This document shows, one piece after another, positions 46,640 to 60,050 of a stretch of DNA of 64,000 bases; positions within the stretch are counted from its first letter, which is position 1, and each line of letters starts with the position of its first letter. The stretch comes from Paragordius varius. Taxonomy: Eukaryota; Animalia; Nematomorpha. A program made the translations under genes and the position numbers. The DNA lies in assembly GCA_964247055.1 (NCBI GenBank), contig OZ176052.1:10044001-10108000 (forward strand), in the 5' to 3' direction. The notes under the pieces are model-generated. The model was not told the origin of the DNA. It ran no database searches and worked only from the letters and a program-made list of their open reading frames with translations.

Positions 46640-47537
46640 TTCCTGATAGAAAAATGTATCAGAATTACGATGTTTTTGGCCCTTACGAGTGATATGGAAA
46701 GTTATTAACACTTTTGTGGTAAGTGCTCCATATCAGAAAATGGCAAAATTTGGCATTTTTTGTTATATAATTTTTTGGTGAAAGCTACTTCATTCAAAAA
46801 TATCACTATAATTTAACATAAACTACCTATAAAGAGCAAAACAATATTTTTTTAAAAATTAGTGTTTAGATATGGGCTTCGGAAGTCCCAAAATCCCTTT
46901 TCTAAAATAGGTTCGCTAAAATGCCGGGATTGCGCGATAAAATTATTAAATATATTCAAATTTTTATATCAACTAAAAATATTTTAAAAAATGCATGCTT
47001 TTTTCAAAAATTTAATTTTTTGCAAAATTTTGTTGATGTGTACTTCATACTCTTTGAAGCATGATGGAAACGGTATAAATTCGCTTTGAGATTTTATACA
47101 AACACTTTTTCTACGTTAAATTAAAATTTCGAAGCGATAGAATGCAATCAAATTATATAGGAAAAGTGTTTTATACCGTTTTCATCATGCCTAAAAATAG
47201 TATGAAGTACGCTTAAAAAAATTTTGCTAAAGTTTTTTTAAAAAATATTTTTTGATGTCAAAATTTAATATTAAATTTTTAAAAATATTTTTTTGCTTTT
47301 TATAGGTAGGTGGTTAAAATATATTTTAGTGATATTTTTTGGAATGAAGCATATAACTTTCAACAAAACTATTTTCTAAAATATGCTAAAATTTTTCGTT
47401 CTGTATGGTTACCACAAAGTGTAGATTTTTCTTTTATCACTCGAAGGGCCAAAACCAAAAGCACCATGATAATTTTGATTCATTTCCCTATCATAATATA
47501 TATAATCAGGTTTTTTTTATACCCCCGATTTCGGACG
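46640..47537. mobile_element. Tc1-like foldback family copy
   Basis: Inverted arms (TTTTGGCCCTTACGAGTGATA / TATCACTCGAAGGGCCAAAA; GCATGATGGAAACGGTATAA / TTATACCGTTTTCATCATGC) and right end ATACCCCCGATTTCGGACG like 28497-28519. Confidence 0.7.
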
Positions 47538-48687
47538 TATATGTTTTTTATCTAGAGTATGATGACATAATCAATGATAAGGATGTCAAATGTATTTTTT
47601 AACCCTGTCATTATTTAAGAGAAACAGTTATTATAAATTGGTATTTGGGTAGCATATTTAAAAAAATGCCTGTTTTTCTTTATATCTTGATTACAAAAAG
47701 AGACAAGTACTAACAATATATGTTATCAAAACTGTAATTATCAAATTTTTGAAATATTCATCGATGCAATAGTAATTGAATACATTTTAATTACATGCAT
47801 TCACACGTGGTCAATCAAAGTCTAATATTTGGCAATATCGAGTTTTTACAGAGAATAAGTAATGAATAAAAGTTCTTTTATTCCATTATTAAACCGAGGT
47901 CGCTAAAATGATTTAACTAGCAACTAATCTTCCAAAACATTAAATATACTGCTAACGAATATCACTTAACAGAAATTTTATAATTTGTTTTTAACATCCA
48001 AAAACTGGACCCCCTCATGTAAATACCATAATTTTTATTCTAAAAGATAGTAAATATTAATCTAACTCTCGCATATGGTTCAAAGAGGCTGTATGACAGT
48101 AATTTTCGTTAATTTTTAATTCTAACAATCAGTGTTTTTTGAAATTGGATTCGGTAGCCTTTAAATTTGATATAATGCTAAAATAAAAGCCTTAAAATTA
48201 CATTACCTTTTCGCTTTTTTTCCCTAGTATCTCTCAGAACTTAATTTTGCAAATAAACTACAGTTTTAAAAATTATTTTAGTTAAAATTCAATTATCAAA
48301 CATTGATTATATTTTTTACAGTTTTGTGACTTCTAGAGTCTAAAATTGGGACAAGCTCCAAAACATCATTGAATTGAACAGCTGATATTAAAATCAAAAT
48401 ATATCAGGTTTTTGCTGGTAAAAAGTACCCTAAGCTTTTTAAAGTTAATTAGTTACATTTTGAACCTTAATACATGTAAAAAAATTATAGAATAAAATAA
48501 ATTATAAATTTTTTTAAAAAATATTTTTTTTATAATGCGCCTAAAAGGCTAAGGAAAGCATATTTTAAATTTAAATACTTTTTAAGATATTCAAATTTCA
48601 AATTGCTCTGTCATATAAAACTACCCCAAATGGTATTGGAATATTAATTTATATATATACACAATAAATAATTAGCTACTGAAAGCC

Positions 48688-49485
48688 TAAGGATAGGAGG
48701 GAGAAGGATCAACAATCTAAGATTAGCAGATGACACGACGCTGATCGCAGATAGTGTAGAAATTTTAAAGAATATGATAAGATTAGTGAGAGAAGTAAGC
48801 AAAAGGCTTGAACCTCAATTCTAAGAAAAAATTATGAGTTTTTTAGAAATAAACCGAATATAACCATAGACGACACCCCGGTAGAAGTAGTAAATGAAAT
48901 CCTATTCTTAGGCTCTCAAAAGATTAACGGCTCTTCCACACCAGATATTAAACGCCGCATAGCATTAGGGAAGTCAGCTGCAAACAAGTTGACTAAATTA
49001 TGGAAAAGTAAAGATATCACTATGAAAACCAAAAAGAGAGTGATGAAATGCATGGTTTTTATGGCAACTTATGCTGCCGAAAGTGGGACACTAAAACACA
49101 ATCATAAAAAAAGGATTGCAGCATTTGAAATATGGTGTTAGAGATGAATGTTGAATAATAGATGGTCTGACAAGGTTAAGAATGTAACAATGAGAGGAAA
49201 ATTAAAATTTGAGAGTCACTTAATGGAAGCTATAATAAAAAAGAAAGTTCACGTACATTGGTCACATTTTAAAAAGCACTTCTCTTGAGAAGGATTTGAT
49301 TATTGGAAAAGCTGTAAGGAAAAAAAGAAAACCAATGTTCAGATGGCTGGATACTGTAAAGAATGAGTCTGGTAGGTATATAAAGGAATTGAAAGAAATT
49401 GCATGGGAAAGAGACAAGTGGAGAGAATTCGTCCTTTTAATTTCCAAGGGGTCGAATTCGACCTAGGAATTACCTACCTAACGAC
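48688..49485 (+). mobile_element. 5'-truncated RTE-clade LINE (RT C-terminal part and 3' tail)
   Basis: RIGGRRINNLRLADDTTLIADS...FLGS...DIKRRIALGKSA...LWKSKDI...TYAAES.TL...RIAAFEIWCYR..L...RWLDTVK...WR, with stops; ends in TTACCTACCTAAC. Confidence 0.9.
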
Positions 49486-50757
49486 CATTTAATAATTTAT
49501 ATTTGATATAATAGTTTTCACAAATTACAACTGCGGACGATAAATTCATTTATATTTTACAACATTGATATATTAAATTTCAATATTAACCCCATACTTT
49601 TCAACCACTATCCCAATTTTCAAAGGAAAGATTTGTAATGAATTATTTGAAGAAAATAGAGTTTTGAACCGACTAGAGCCGGGATCATCTGAAGCTTTAA
49701 TGAACGATTGGTTTGGAAAAATTTATATGGAAACCGGACTAGAGACAACTGAAAATACAATGAGTAATTTAAGTGTGTTTGTAAAGTTATATTGTTTGTT
49801 GAATGAATCACGGAAGTTTATTAAAACATTCAATACTTTTATGTTACCAATCATTATGAAAGTTCATAAATAATCAGCTTGTACAGTTATCTTTTATCAT
49901 TAAAACTTAGCTTCCAAATAGTCAGAAATTAAAATATTTTATCCATTATAGTTTTTGTTTGTGTCACATTTGTACAAAATAAGCAATTCCACAAAATGAT
50001 TAAAAATGGTTTATTTAGAAAATGTGATTAACATGCATTGGTAAACCAAACCTAAACAATATCCGTCAGCATAGATAATAGATATATGTAGATTAAATAA
50101 AAAAAAATTCAAAGTTAAACAACAGGAACCACCAATGAAAAAAGATCCATTACTCTAAATATTTTTAATACATGTATAAAAAATATTTTATTAAATTATT
50201 ATCATAATCATATATGATTATATTGTTGAGAAATAATAATATTAACACTCTAGCCACAATGTGACAAATGAAACAAAAAATATAGTTTATGAAATTAGAA
50301 TTTTGCGCAATGAAAATCAGTTTTTGAATTTACTTGAATGTATATAAGCTAATGTAAGAGGACAAGTAAGTTATGAAGAGCAGCCTAATATGCATATAAA
50401 ACACATAAATTTTATTTAGTTGGTTTGATGCCATTTTTTCACACATTATTCCCATTGAATATCATACATAATAAATATTAAGTTTATATATATATGTGTA
50501 AGGGATTCCAAAAAATATCAATCATAAAAACAATGCATAAAATATACTTTATTAAAATGTTTTAGTATCTACAAGTTATAGAAGCTGACAATATCCCAAC
50601 AGATAAAAAAATCTATATGTTTAACTCAATATTGTCTTTACAAAATATCCCTACTAATAAAAATGCTATATAAATGTTTTATGTGAATTTGTACACTAAA
50701 ATGTGATTAATTAAATTTGTGACAACATTCAATAACTCCACCCCATAAATTATATTT

Positions 50758-50813
<56 letters not shown>

Positions 50814-52089
50814 CCAAAGCTCAAAATATGTGGTGTTCAAAGTACTAACCACCCATAAAATTTCGATCAATGGAAGGTTGGATGTAAAAGTAGGATATGT
50901 TTATTGAATGATACTGGGACGTCCATATTATTTTAATCAATATTCACTAAATATTAATATTACTACACTAGTATAAGTTGGAGCCAGAATGGCCGATATT
51001 TTTTAGCATGCTTCTACACCAAAGTTTGTAGGGTGTGCTTCAAAATTACGAAAATCCATATCTTACATGATGTGATTCTAAGAAATATACGGTAATTTTA
51101 CCAATATTGACACAAATATACGAAAAATGAGACCATAAACATATTGTGGGCAAATAATCTCAATTATTAAATCTTCAAGTGCACACATTACCCAACTGCA
51201 TTTAATGTTACACTTACCTAACCAAACAATTGTGCAAAAAAAATTGGGAATTTTAGACCTTGTTTAAATTAACTACATTATAATGTCATTTTTTGGAATA
51301 TGAGGATTACTATGCCATTCTTTTGAATTTACACATATAACATTTTAATTTGAGTCCCTAATTATACATTTATAGTAAAACTTGATGCTATTAGGGTGAA
51401 TTGACCGATCAATATGTGATACTAACCTGACCGCTTATGAATACTGTCATTCGAAATCAAAAGCAGTCATACCAGAATTATTAAATATATCTTGTGATCA
51501 AACCAAACCTAACACATAAATCCCTTTATTAAGCTTAAATAGTTATAGATTAATAATTTTTTTTTATAATTTTTTTATTGTAACTTTTATGAAATATGAG
51601 TTTAATTTTAAGGACGTCATCCAAATATATCTTAAAGTTTTTTAATTGTTATTTCACCGTTTCAATATTTATAAGCTGACCCTATCCTAGTGTGAAATAG
51701 TCATCTATTTTTAATCTGTACAAATGAGTTTAATGGCCTTTTCCTATGTGAGTGGGGCTTAACTTAAGGTCTAAAGCGATCAAATATAAGCGCTTTTTAA
51801 ATGAAAAACATGGAAACATAAGAGTTTGATACGTTTTTTGGAATGATATCGTTTTTCGACTTACACAAAGTGGAAGATATACGATTTATAACGCATTGTA
51901 TCAATGAAAATATGATAGCAATGTTGCATTTGGGCCCCAGAATACCAACTTAGCAATTAGTTGTATTTATATAAGAAGTTTTTATTTGTAAAATTGGTCA
52001 AAAGTCGAAAATAAGGGAATTATGGTGAGTACCTAATTGCTTGTGTTTGAATTATCACAGTGCACACAGAAAAATATTCTAAAATCATA

Positions 52090-53740
52090 TCCTCTAATAA
52101 ATATATCAGTTTAGTGCGGCCTTGGGCCTCACGAGGGATATAATTATTACCACTTTTGTAAAAACTGCTCCATACCAAAAATTTGCATAATTTGCCCGTG
52201 AAGCTATATGCTTTATTCCAAAAAATATCAATAAAATTCATAAATACATATAAAAAGCCAAGCAATTTTTTTTAATTTTTTTAATTTTAAATGTTGGTCC
52301 CGAAAGTCCCAATTTTATTCGCTTTTTAAAAAAAGGCTAGTTCTCTGCAAACGATATAATGCCGAGATGGTGCAATAAAAGAATGTATAAATTTTTTTAA
52401 TAAAATTCACATTTTTTAAAATTAAATTTTTAAACAATTTTGTTAAAGTGTATTACATAATACAGTAAGGCATGAAGGAAACGATATAAATGCCTTAAGA
52501 TATTAAACACTTTTTTAAAATAAATCGATGATGCTTTACATTATGGCTTCAGAATTTAAAAGTTTATTTGCTTTAAAATTTTGGTGAATTTTTTTAAAAA
52601 TGCCATATATATTTAACATAAACTTGAAGACGAACGAATAATTTAATTAAAATTCTTAGATGATAAAAATGTTAATTATCATCAAATTACATAAAAAAGT
52701 CTTGTTATAATATCTAAGAAGTTTATATACCGTTTCCATCATACCTCAAAATAATATGAAGAAAACTTCAACAAACTTTTAGTAAATCAAATTTTTGAAA
52801 ATGTAAACATTTATAACAATATTTTTAGTTAATTTCAAAATTTAGCATTTAACCATCACGATTCTAACGTTTATTTTAAAAACTAGCCCACTTTAGAGGA
52901 GCGAAAAAATTTGTGACATTTGGAGTCTACATTAACACCTGTATACAACACACTCATTTTAGTCCTTCGATTCGAATTGGGGTAGTTGGATACCCCAGGC
53001 CTGTTTAAAATCAAATACTTAAAGAAGTATGGAAGGAATCAAAACCATGACAAAATTTTGCACTTATATAACATTAAAAAACCGAAATATATAAAAAATT
53101 TAATTCAAAAATACTTGATATTACTTATTTTAAGCTAAAACCGAAAGGTAAAATTTCGTCAACGTGACATGTGTCAAATTGTAAAATTGAAAAATAATAC
53201 AAAATAAACCGCTTTTTCTATTTCTATCAATGTTAAATGTAATTTAATTAAAAAATTAGCTTTAGTTTTACCCTTAAAATTAAATGAAGACGATATTTTG
53301 TAAAAAATTTGTAAAATAAAAATGGCGTCGAAATAGTTTGAGATGGAACTTTTTTTTCAGAACAAAATTTTATCAAGCTATTTTGGCATATTTATATAAT
53401 TTTAATCAGGATAGAAGCATAAATTTAAATTGGGACCGTTTTCTTGAATACTTTTTCAAAAATATTAATTTAAATTTAGTCTGGGGTATTTAGATACCCC
53501 AATTTAAATCGAAGTGTTAATTAAAGTTTTTTAAAAATATTGTTTTCTATTTTTTGTATTTTATGATATTTAGTGATATTTGGAATAAAGCATTTAACTT
53601 TCACCAAAAAAATTAATTAACAAAATGTGTGAAAATTTAGCTATTTTATGATATGGAGGAGCTACTACAGAAGTGCAACAAATTATTTAAATCACTTGTA
53701 AAGGCCATAATCAAAAGCACCATGATGATCCTGTACCATG
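52090..53740. mobile_element. Tc1-like foldback family copy interrupted by a piggyBac-like element
   Basis: Left-arm motifs (TTGGGCCTCACGAGGGATA, GAAGCTATATGCTTTATTCC) at 52140-52230 and right-arm motifs (GGAATAAAGCATTTAACTTTCACC, AAAGCACCATGA) at 53580-53730. Boundaries approximate. Confidence 0.55.
52936..53516 (+). mobile_element. piggyBac-like non-autonomous element, copy 3
   Basis: TTAA|CACC...GAAGTG|TTAA (52932, 53517) with internal inverted repeat CTTCGATTCGAATTGGGGTAGTTGGATACCCCAG / CTGGGGTATTTAGATACCCCAATTTAAATCGAAG. Confidence 0.78.
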
Positions 53741-53799
53741 TGTAAATTATTTTGTAAATAAATTATAAACAATTTAAAGCCTGGTTAAATTAAAATTCT

Positions 53800-54337
53800 G
53801 AAGTTCTAATAAAAATGTTCAGCATCATTGAATTATAGAGAAAGTCTCTTTTTATAATTATATCGTTTCCACATATTTCAATATAACATAGACCTTGCGA
53901 CACAAAAATGGTTTTGTAGATAATATTTTAGCCCAAAATATCCATTTTTTTGTTGATAACTTTTTTAATGTAAAAATTAAGCAGATATTCAAAAACTTTA
54001 TCGCGAAATCTCGGCATTTTGCATTTATTCTAAGTGAACCTTCATATTATAGAAGATCTTTTGTTATTTATATACAGTTTATAATGTAGTAAATATATTT
54101 TTTAAAATTGCTATTTATATACAGTTTATAATGTAGTAAATATATTTTTTAAAATAGAGCACCTTTCACCAAATTTGTTTAACATAATGTGCGCAAATTT
54201 TCCCATTTTCTGATATGAGACAGTTAAAAGTACGAATAACTATTTTAATTAACTCGTAAGGGAAAAAACAAAAGCATAATAATAATGATACCTTTTACTC
54301 CCTCCCACCCCCCCCCCCCCCCGAGTTGGACGCAGCG
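53800..54337 (+). mobile_element. Right half of another Tc1-like foldback copy
   Basis: GCATCATTGAATTA, TCGCGAAATCTCGGCATTTT, TTTCACCAAA motifs and end CCCCCGAGTTGGACGCAGCG match 27975-28519. Confidence 0.55.
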
Positions 54338-54920
54338 TTTTTTAACGATCAAGCTTATTTAAATACAAATTGGTGTTTACTGCAATTATATTAAACTATG
54401 CACGTACTTTTATTAGCTAATGCTTTTACATGTAACAAAATACAAAGTTCACACAAGACCATATCCTACCGAAATGTGTATATTGCGATAAAAAATGTAC
54501 CAGGATTCTCATAATGCTTTTAGATGAAGCCATTGAAATTAGATATGCCACTTTGCTAGTCATTATTTAAAAGCCAAAAATTTGCAATATAAAATATGGT
54601 GAAAGGATTTCAAACTGAAAATTAGTATATATTTAAAATATTTAAACTAAACAAAAAAATTATGAATGAAGTGGTAACAAATTAAAAAAAATGCGACAAA
54701 AGTTTTATGATCATAAGCTTAAATATACTGTGAATATTATAAAATTATATGGGAATTATACTTTACAAACCGTGACAATGGCTTTGTTATTTGCTGGCTT
54801 TTGAAACATATTATATCAAATGAAAAGATATTTTAATGTTAGGACCATATTTAAATTTTTCAAGGTAAATGCCCCCAGGTCTTATTTATTAATTTATTGC
54901 GCATATACAGAATAGTCAAT

Positions 54921-57900
54921 ATGGAATTTGACTTTACAGATATTGCAGATAATCAATTAAAAGAAGTAAATTTTTATTTATTTTTTAGTTCACATATAAC
55001 CAAGAAAAAATTTTGGTTTATCGTAAAAATGGAAGGTTTTACGCTACATCTTCTAAATGCACGCATTATGGGGCGCCTCTCATAAATGGTGTTCATAATG
55101 GGGATACTGTAAGATGTCCATGGCACGGCGCTTGTTTTAATCTCAAAACGGGAGACATTGAAGATTTTCCGGGATTGGATAATTTGACCTGTTATAAAGT
55201 TGTAGCAATTAATTATTGTAGGTTGAAAAAGTGCGAGACAACATATATAGCATAAGCAAACCCGACAATTTAATAAACAATTTTGTTCCTAAGACAAAAA
55301 ACCATTTTTATATTTTGGGTGGTGGACCGTCTGGTTTAGAATGTGCAGAAACTTTACGAAAGCAGGTAAAAATCGGTTGATTTAATTTTACCTTTTTTTA
55401 ATATATAATAACAAATTTGGCATTCTTATTCGTTAAAGTTATAAATTGCCCACTTTTCATAATTAGTAAAAATCTTAATTAAATTTGCCTATAAAATAAT
55501 TTTTAGTGGTAAATTCATAAGTAGATCATAACTACTACGAGTAATTTACCATATAATTAACCTTTTAGAAAGTTAAAAATTGCAAATATCGCTCACATTA
55601 GATTTATATTTTTGAACTGAAATTATAAAACAAATATCGTCTGTAGTTTAAAAATATATTTTTTTGAGTCCCTATTTTATATACAGAAAAATGCGCTTTA
55701 ATGCTGAATTTTAGATATTTTTGTTCTTTTGACACAAACGCTTGATTGCGAAAATGTTAGGTAATAAAGGACTTTTACTAAAATTGAATCATAGCTAAAA
55801 TATTTAACCTTCATAGAGATTTTTAAACTTAAGAAACATATTCAAAGCATATTTAATAGTTAATTTATAAGTAATTTCTTATTTTTTATACAATACTTGA
55901 TAATCATATATGAAATTTGAAATTAATATCAGGCCAAAATTCTTTACAACTGCTTTTTAGGAGATCACGATCATTTATTCTCTTAATTTTATTTCATATT
56001 GTACAAATACTACTATTTTATCATTCAAAAATTTGTAGCTTTTAATCTCCGCCCAATATATGGCAAATATTCAATTAGTTTGAATATCACTTTTCCCTCA
56101 AATAAATTTTATATAAACGCCCTTTTATAACCGGTTAAAATGGCGAATATAAAATTGAAACTATGTTTTTCAGATCAAAACAATTTTATTTCTACGAGTA
56201 AATTTTTACAAAAATTAAATTAAAAAATAAGAAATTTAAAATTTATTAAAAAAGTATTATATACCATATATAGAATTTTGATGGAAAAATAACCATATTG
56301 ACGAAAGATTGCAATCTACCTTATGATCGGCCGAAACTCAGTAAAACAATGGACTTGGATATAGCTAAAATTGTATTGCGAAACGAGGAATTTTATGTCA
56401 AACGCGGAATCGATATAAGAACAAATATGGCGGTTAAGAAAGTTGATTTTGACACAAAAACTATTTTTACCACTTCAGATCAACAACATAAAGTAAATCT
56501 CATTTTTTTCAATTATTGAGGTTATATTTTTTGAACGAAGATTTTTTTAACATATATGGCTTTGTTTATATTATTAATATGGTCCTATATTTAATCAATT
56601 TCAATGTAAGTCAGTAAGTTTTAGGATTTTAATAGAAATTTTAAATTTACCAAACAGTTAAAAGTAATGGATAAAAATTATTTTAGGGGAAATATCAGAC
56701 TTTTTAAATTAAGATTGTGGGTCTCTTCTCTAGAAATTGTGCAATCTGTTTTATTAAATATTTTTCTTACGTCCTATGATAAATAATAAAATACATGCAT
56801 GATCTATTAAAAACCCAAAACCTATCATTTTGTAAATCTAACATTTTTTGTTTTATTAATATATTTTCTTTAGTATGACAAACTTTACATTGCATTGGGG
56901 TCGAGTCCTATAATACCGAATGTACCTGGCATTAAACTTGGCAATATATTTTCCCTCCGCTCTTTGGCAGATGCTCAAAATATGTATCGGCATATTAAAG
57001 AGGACAAGGATGTTGTTATTATTGGGAGTTCTTTTATAGGTATGTAGTTGTATAAATTATTATTGTGACATTTTCATAATTTTATTTTATGCATAAATAA
57101 AAAAGAAATTTTGTAAAAAGATTTCATTAATCATAGATTAGGTAACTGAGATCTAGTTGTTTATATAAATATCTTAAAATTTTGACTATATATACCGGGG
57201 AATATAAATCAAATATTTCTTATTATAATATCAATTTTGCATCAGAATCTACGCTTATATCCCAAATTTAACATAAAAAATAATTTATATATGATATAAA
57301 TTTGTTATCTTTTTTTTGGTTAAACAAAAATATTATTATATCAATCCTAAAAAGTTAAACCATACAAATGAAATTTACTTTAACAGGAATGGAAATTGCT
57401 TCAATTATCAAAGGGAAAGCAAAAAGTATTACCGTTGTTACCAATACCAGTGTACCGTTTGAACGGGCGTTTGGGCTAAAGATTGGAACTTTTCTCAAAT
57501 CTCTACATGAATCTAATGGTATTAAATTTCAGACAAATACCTCACTTCAAGCATTTGAAGGCGATAACAGCAATTTGGTTCGACATGTCCTACTTGCTGA
57601 TGGATCAAAGTAATATGATATCATTTGAAAATGTTGATTATATATTTTACTGTAAAAAATATACAGTTTAGAGTCGGTTTTTTTTGAGGGGCATATGCTA
57701 TCAAAGGCATAAACATTTGCAGCTGACAGCTATGATAAAAAATTTTGGCAGTTTTTTTGTTGATTTATAGTATTTATAATTAATTTTACACTTTTTTTCT
57801 AACCTAATTGGTAAACCTACTTTTTCTGTTTTTAATCGATAAATTTATATTCAGAATTCCGTGTGACATTTGTATCCTGGGTCTCGGGGTTAGGCCTGTC

Positions 57901-58112
57901 AGCGCCCAATTGTTTAATGGGACGAAGCTTGCTCTAAATCAATTTGGGTGTATTGAAGTGAACGAGTTTATGGAAACATCCGTACCCAATGTTTATGCTG
58001 GTGGAGATACGGTTTCTTTCCCCCTGTATCTGACGGCTAATGATTTTGAATCTTTTAAATCTACACCATCTGGGAAATGGAATAAGGTATTTAATTTGTT
58101 TTTTAGTAATTT

Positions 58113-58143
<31 letters not shown>

Positions 58144-59254
58144 TATACATATATATATATATTAATCACTTTAATCTTTCGTAATGGATTTATTTATGGA
58201 TATAAAGAGCATTTTTAGTAACTTCATCATTATTGTTAAGAACGAAAAAATATTAAATAACAATTGATGCATAAATACGTGATATTATACCTCACTTATA
58301 GGTAATTTTTTAAAAAAATCGCAAATGTTATAAATTTATATTAAAATAAGCCTATAAATCATTTTGAAAATTACAATAATGCTCTAAATTTCAGTTTGAT
58401 CATTAGTGTTGTAATGTGCGCCTTCTTGAAACTTTATATTAATTATAGGCTAACATTCAACATTGGCAAATGGCTCACAAACATGGTCAGGTAGGGGCAT
58501 ACAATATGTTAGACAAGGTAATAAATTAATTGTTTAAGCCCCCCATCTATATTAAATATATTCATAACCTGTTATTTAATAGTATTATTTAAATGATAAA
58601 TTGACATTATTGCTCCAATTTTTTATTTTATTACGGACTAACCATAATTTATAATTTGTTTTATATTATCTAGCTACATATATAATTTAACTTTTTAAAT
58701 TGCGATATTTCATATATTCATACCGTTTACTAGAAAATACCTATCAAAAGTGTACCCTATTTTTGGACCGCTCAATATGGAAAAGGTTTTCGTTATGTTG
58801 GTTACACAATGGATTCTGATCAAACTATTATACATTCCAACGAAGATCAAACTAAAATGGTTGCTTATTACATGAAGGTAGTATTTTAATTAAATGAGTT
58901 AGTTATACATATTGAACGAAACCTTATTATTTTAATTTAAATTTTATTCACCAAAAAATATATTTTTTAAAGGGAAACATTGTACGAGCCGTACTAACTC
59001 TCAATCGGGATCCAGTAGCTTCAATTTTTGCCGAACTAATGTTTGATAATAAACATTGGTTTATTACTTCGGAATATTTGGCTAGTATTGAGGGTGTTTT
59101 TGAACAAAATGCATATATTCAAGCGCTTAAAGAGTTGATTGAAAACCCAATTACCAATGATTTTAGAAATGATAAAATAAATCCTGGTAGAATGCATTTA
59201 TGTGATAACGATCCTACAATGAAGGTACATCGCGACAATACCACGCATTTATAA
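54921..59254 (+). CDS. AIFM3: AIFM3-like Rieske [2Fe-2S] plus FAD/NADH reductase, copy A, ~577 aa; exons 54921-54965, 54989-55198, 55222-55365, 56274-56492, 56874-57039, 57387-57609, 57855-58086, 58449-58517, 58734-58877, 58973-59254
   Basis: Rieske CTHYGAPL and CPWHGACF, GDIEDFPGLD, GGGPSG, PYDRPKLSK, IIGSSFIGME, TSVPNVYAGGD, HWQMA, VPYFWT. Exons sum to 1734 nt, in frame. An extra 5' exon cannot be excluded. Confidence 0.94.
54966..55221 (+). other. Two 23-nt micro-introns in AIFM3 copy A: 54966-54988 and 55199-55221
   Basis: GTAAATTTTTATTTATTTTTTAG joins QLKE|FTYNQEKILV. GTTGTAGCAATTAATTATTGTAG joins CYK|VEKVRDNIY...GGGPSG. Both fix frameshifts inside conserved sequence. Confidence 0.88.
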
Positions 59255-60050
59255 TTAATTACATTTGCTATTAAAATATTTTTATGACAACATAGACCAT
59301 GCATTGTACCTACAAACACGCACACTTAGCTATTTTATTTATTTTAGTTAATTTATAGCTTATTGTTAGATATAGTTACAATTTTCACCTCGTTATAAAC
59401 ATTTATTTTAGTTTAAATGCAATAAAATAAATGAGTCATAGTTTAACTAATTGTCAATATATTTTATTTTATAAGTGCCTTTATAAAATATAATTTAGAA
59501 ATTTTCTTATAAATTCCGGAGAGGAAACAGGTTAAAATTAAATTCAATTATTAGCATTTATGTGCACTAGAAAATTATTTTACAATTTTGGTTTTTAGCT
59601 TGATATTACAAAACTATGTTGTGGATTTATTTATAGATATGTGTATTGCACAGTTAAGTTAAAATTATACATTATTCGATGCATATAGGATGAATTTGAA
59701 TATAAATGCGGTTTAACTAGTATAGTATCCTTGTAAATAAATATTATTATTGAATAAAATTAAAAAATGGATTTAAAACAGTGCTTATGCAATATATAAA
59801 TATAACATATTATATATAAAAATAGTAAATACATTTTTTCAAAATAGAGATATACATATTTACGTCATATGGTAGTTAAATTATATAAAGTAGAAAAAGT
59901 AAATACTTTGTAATATATTGTGAAATGATTTTCTATTAAATTGCTTGACATTTAAATATGAATAAGGAATAAAAACATAATAACTAATGATGCGTAGAAT
60001 GGATAAAATCACGGTGATAATATTATTTTAATTTAAGAATTCATAAGGAC

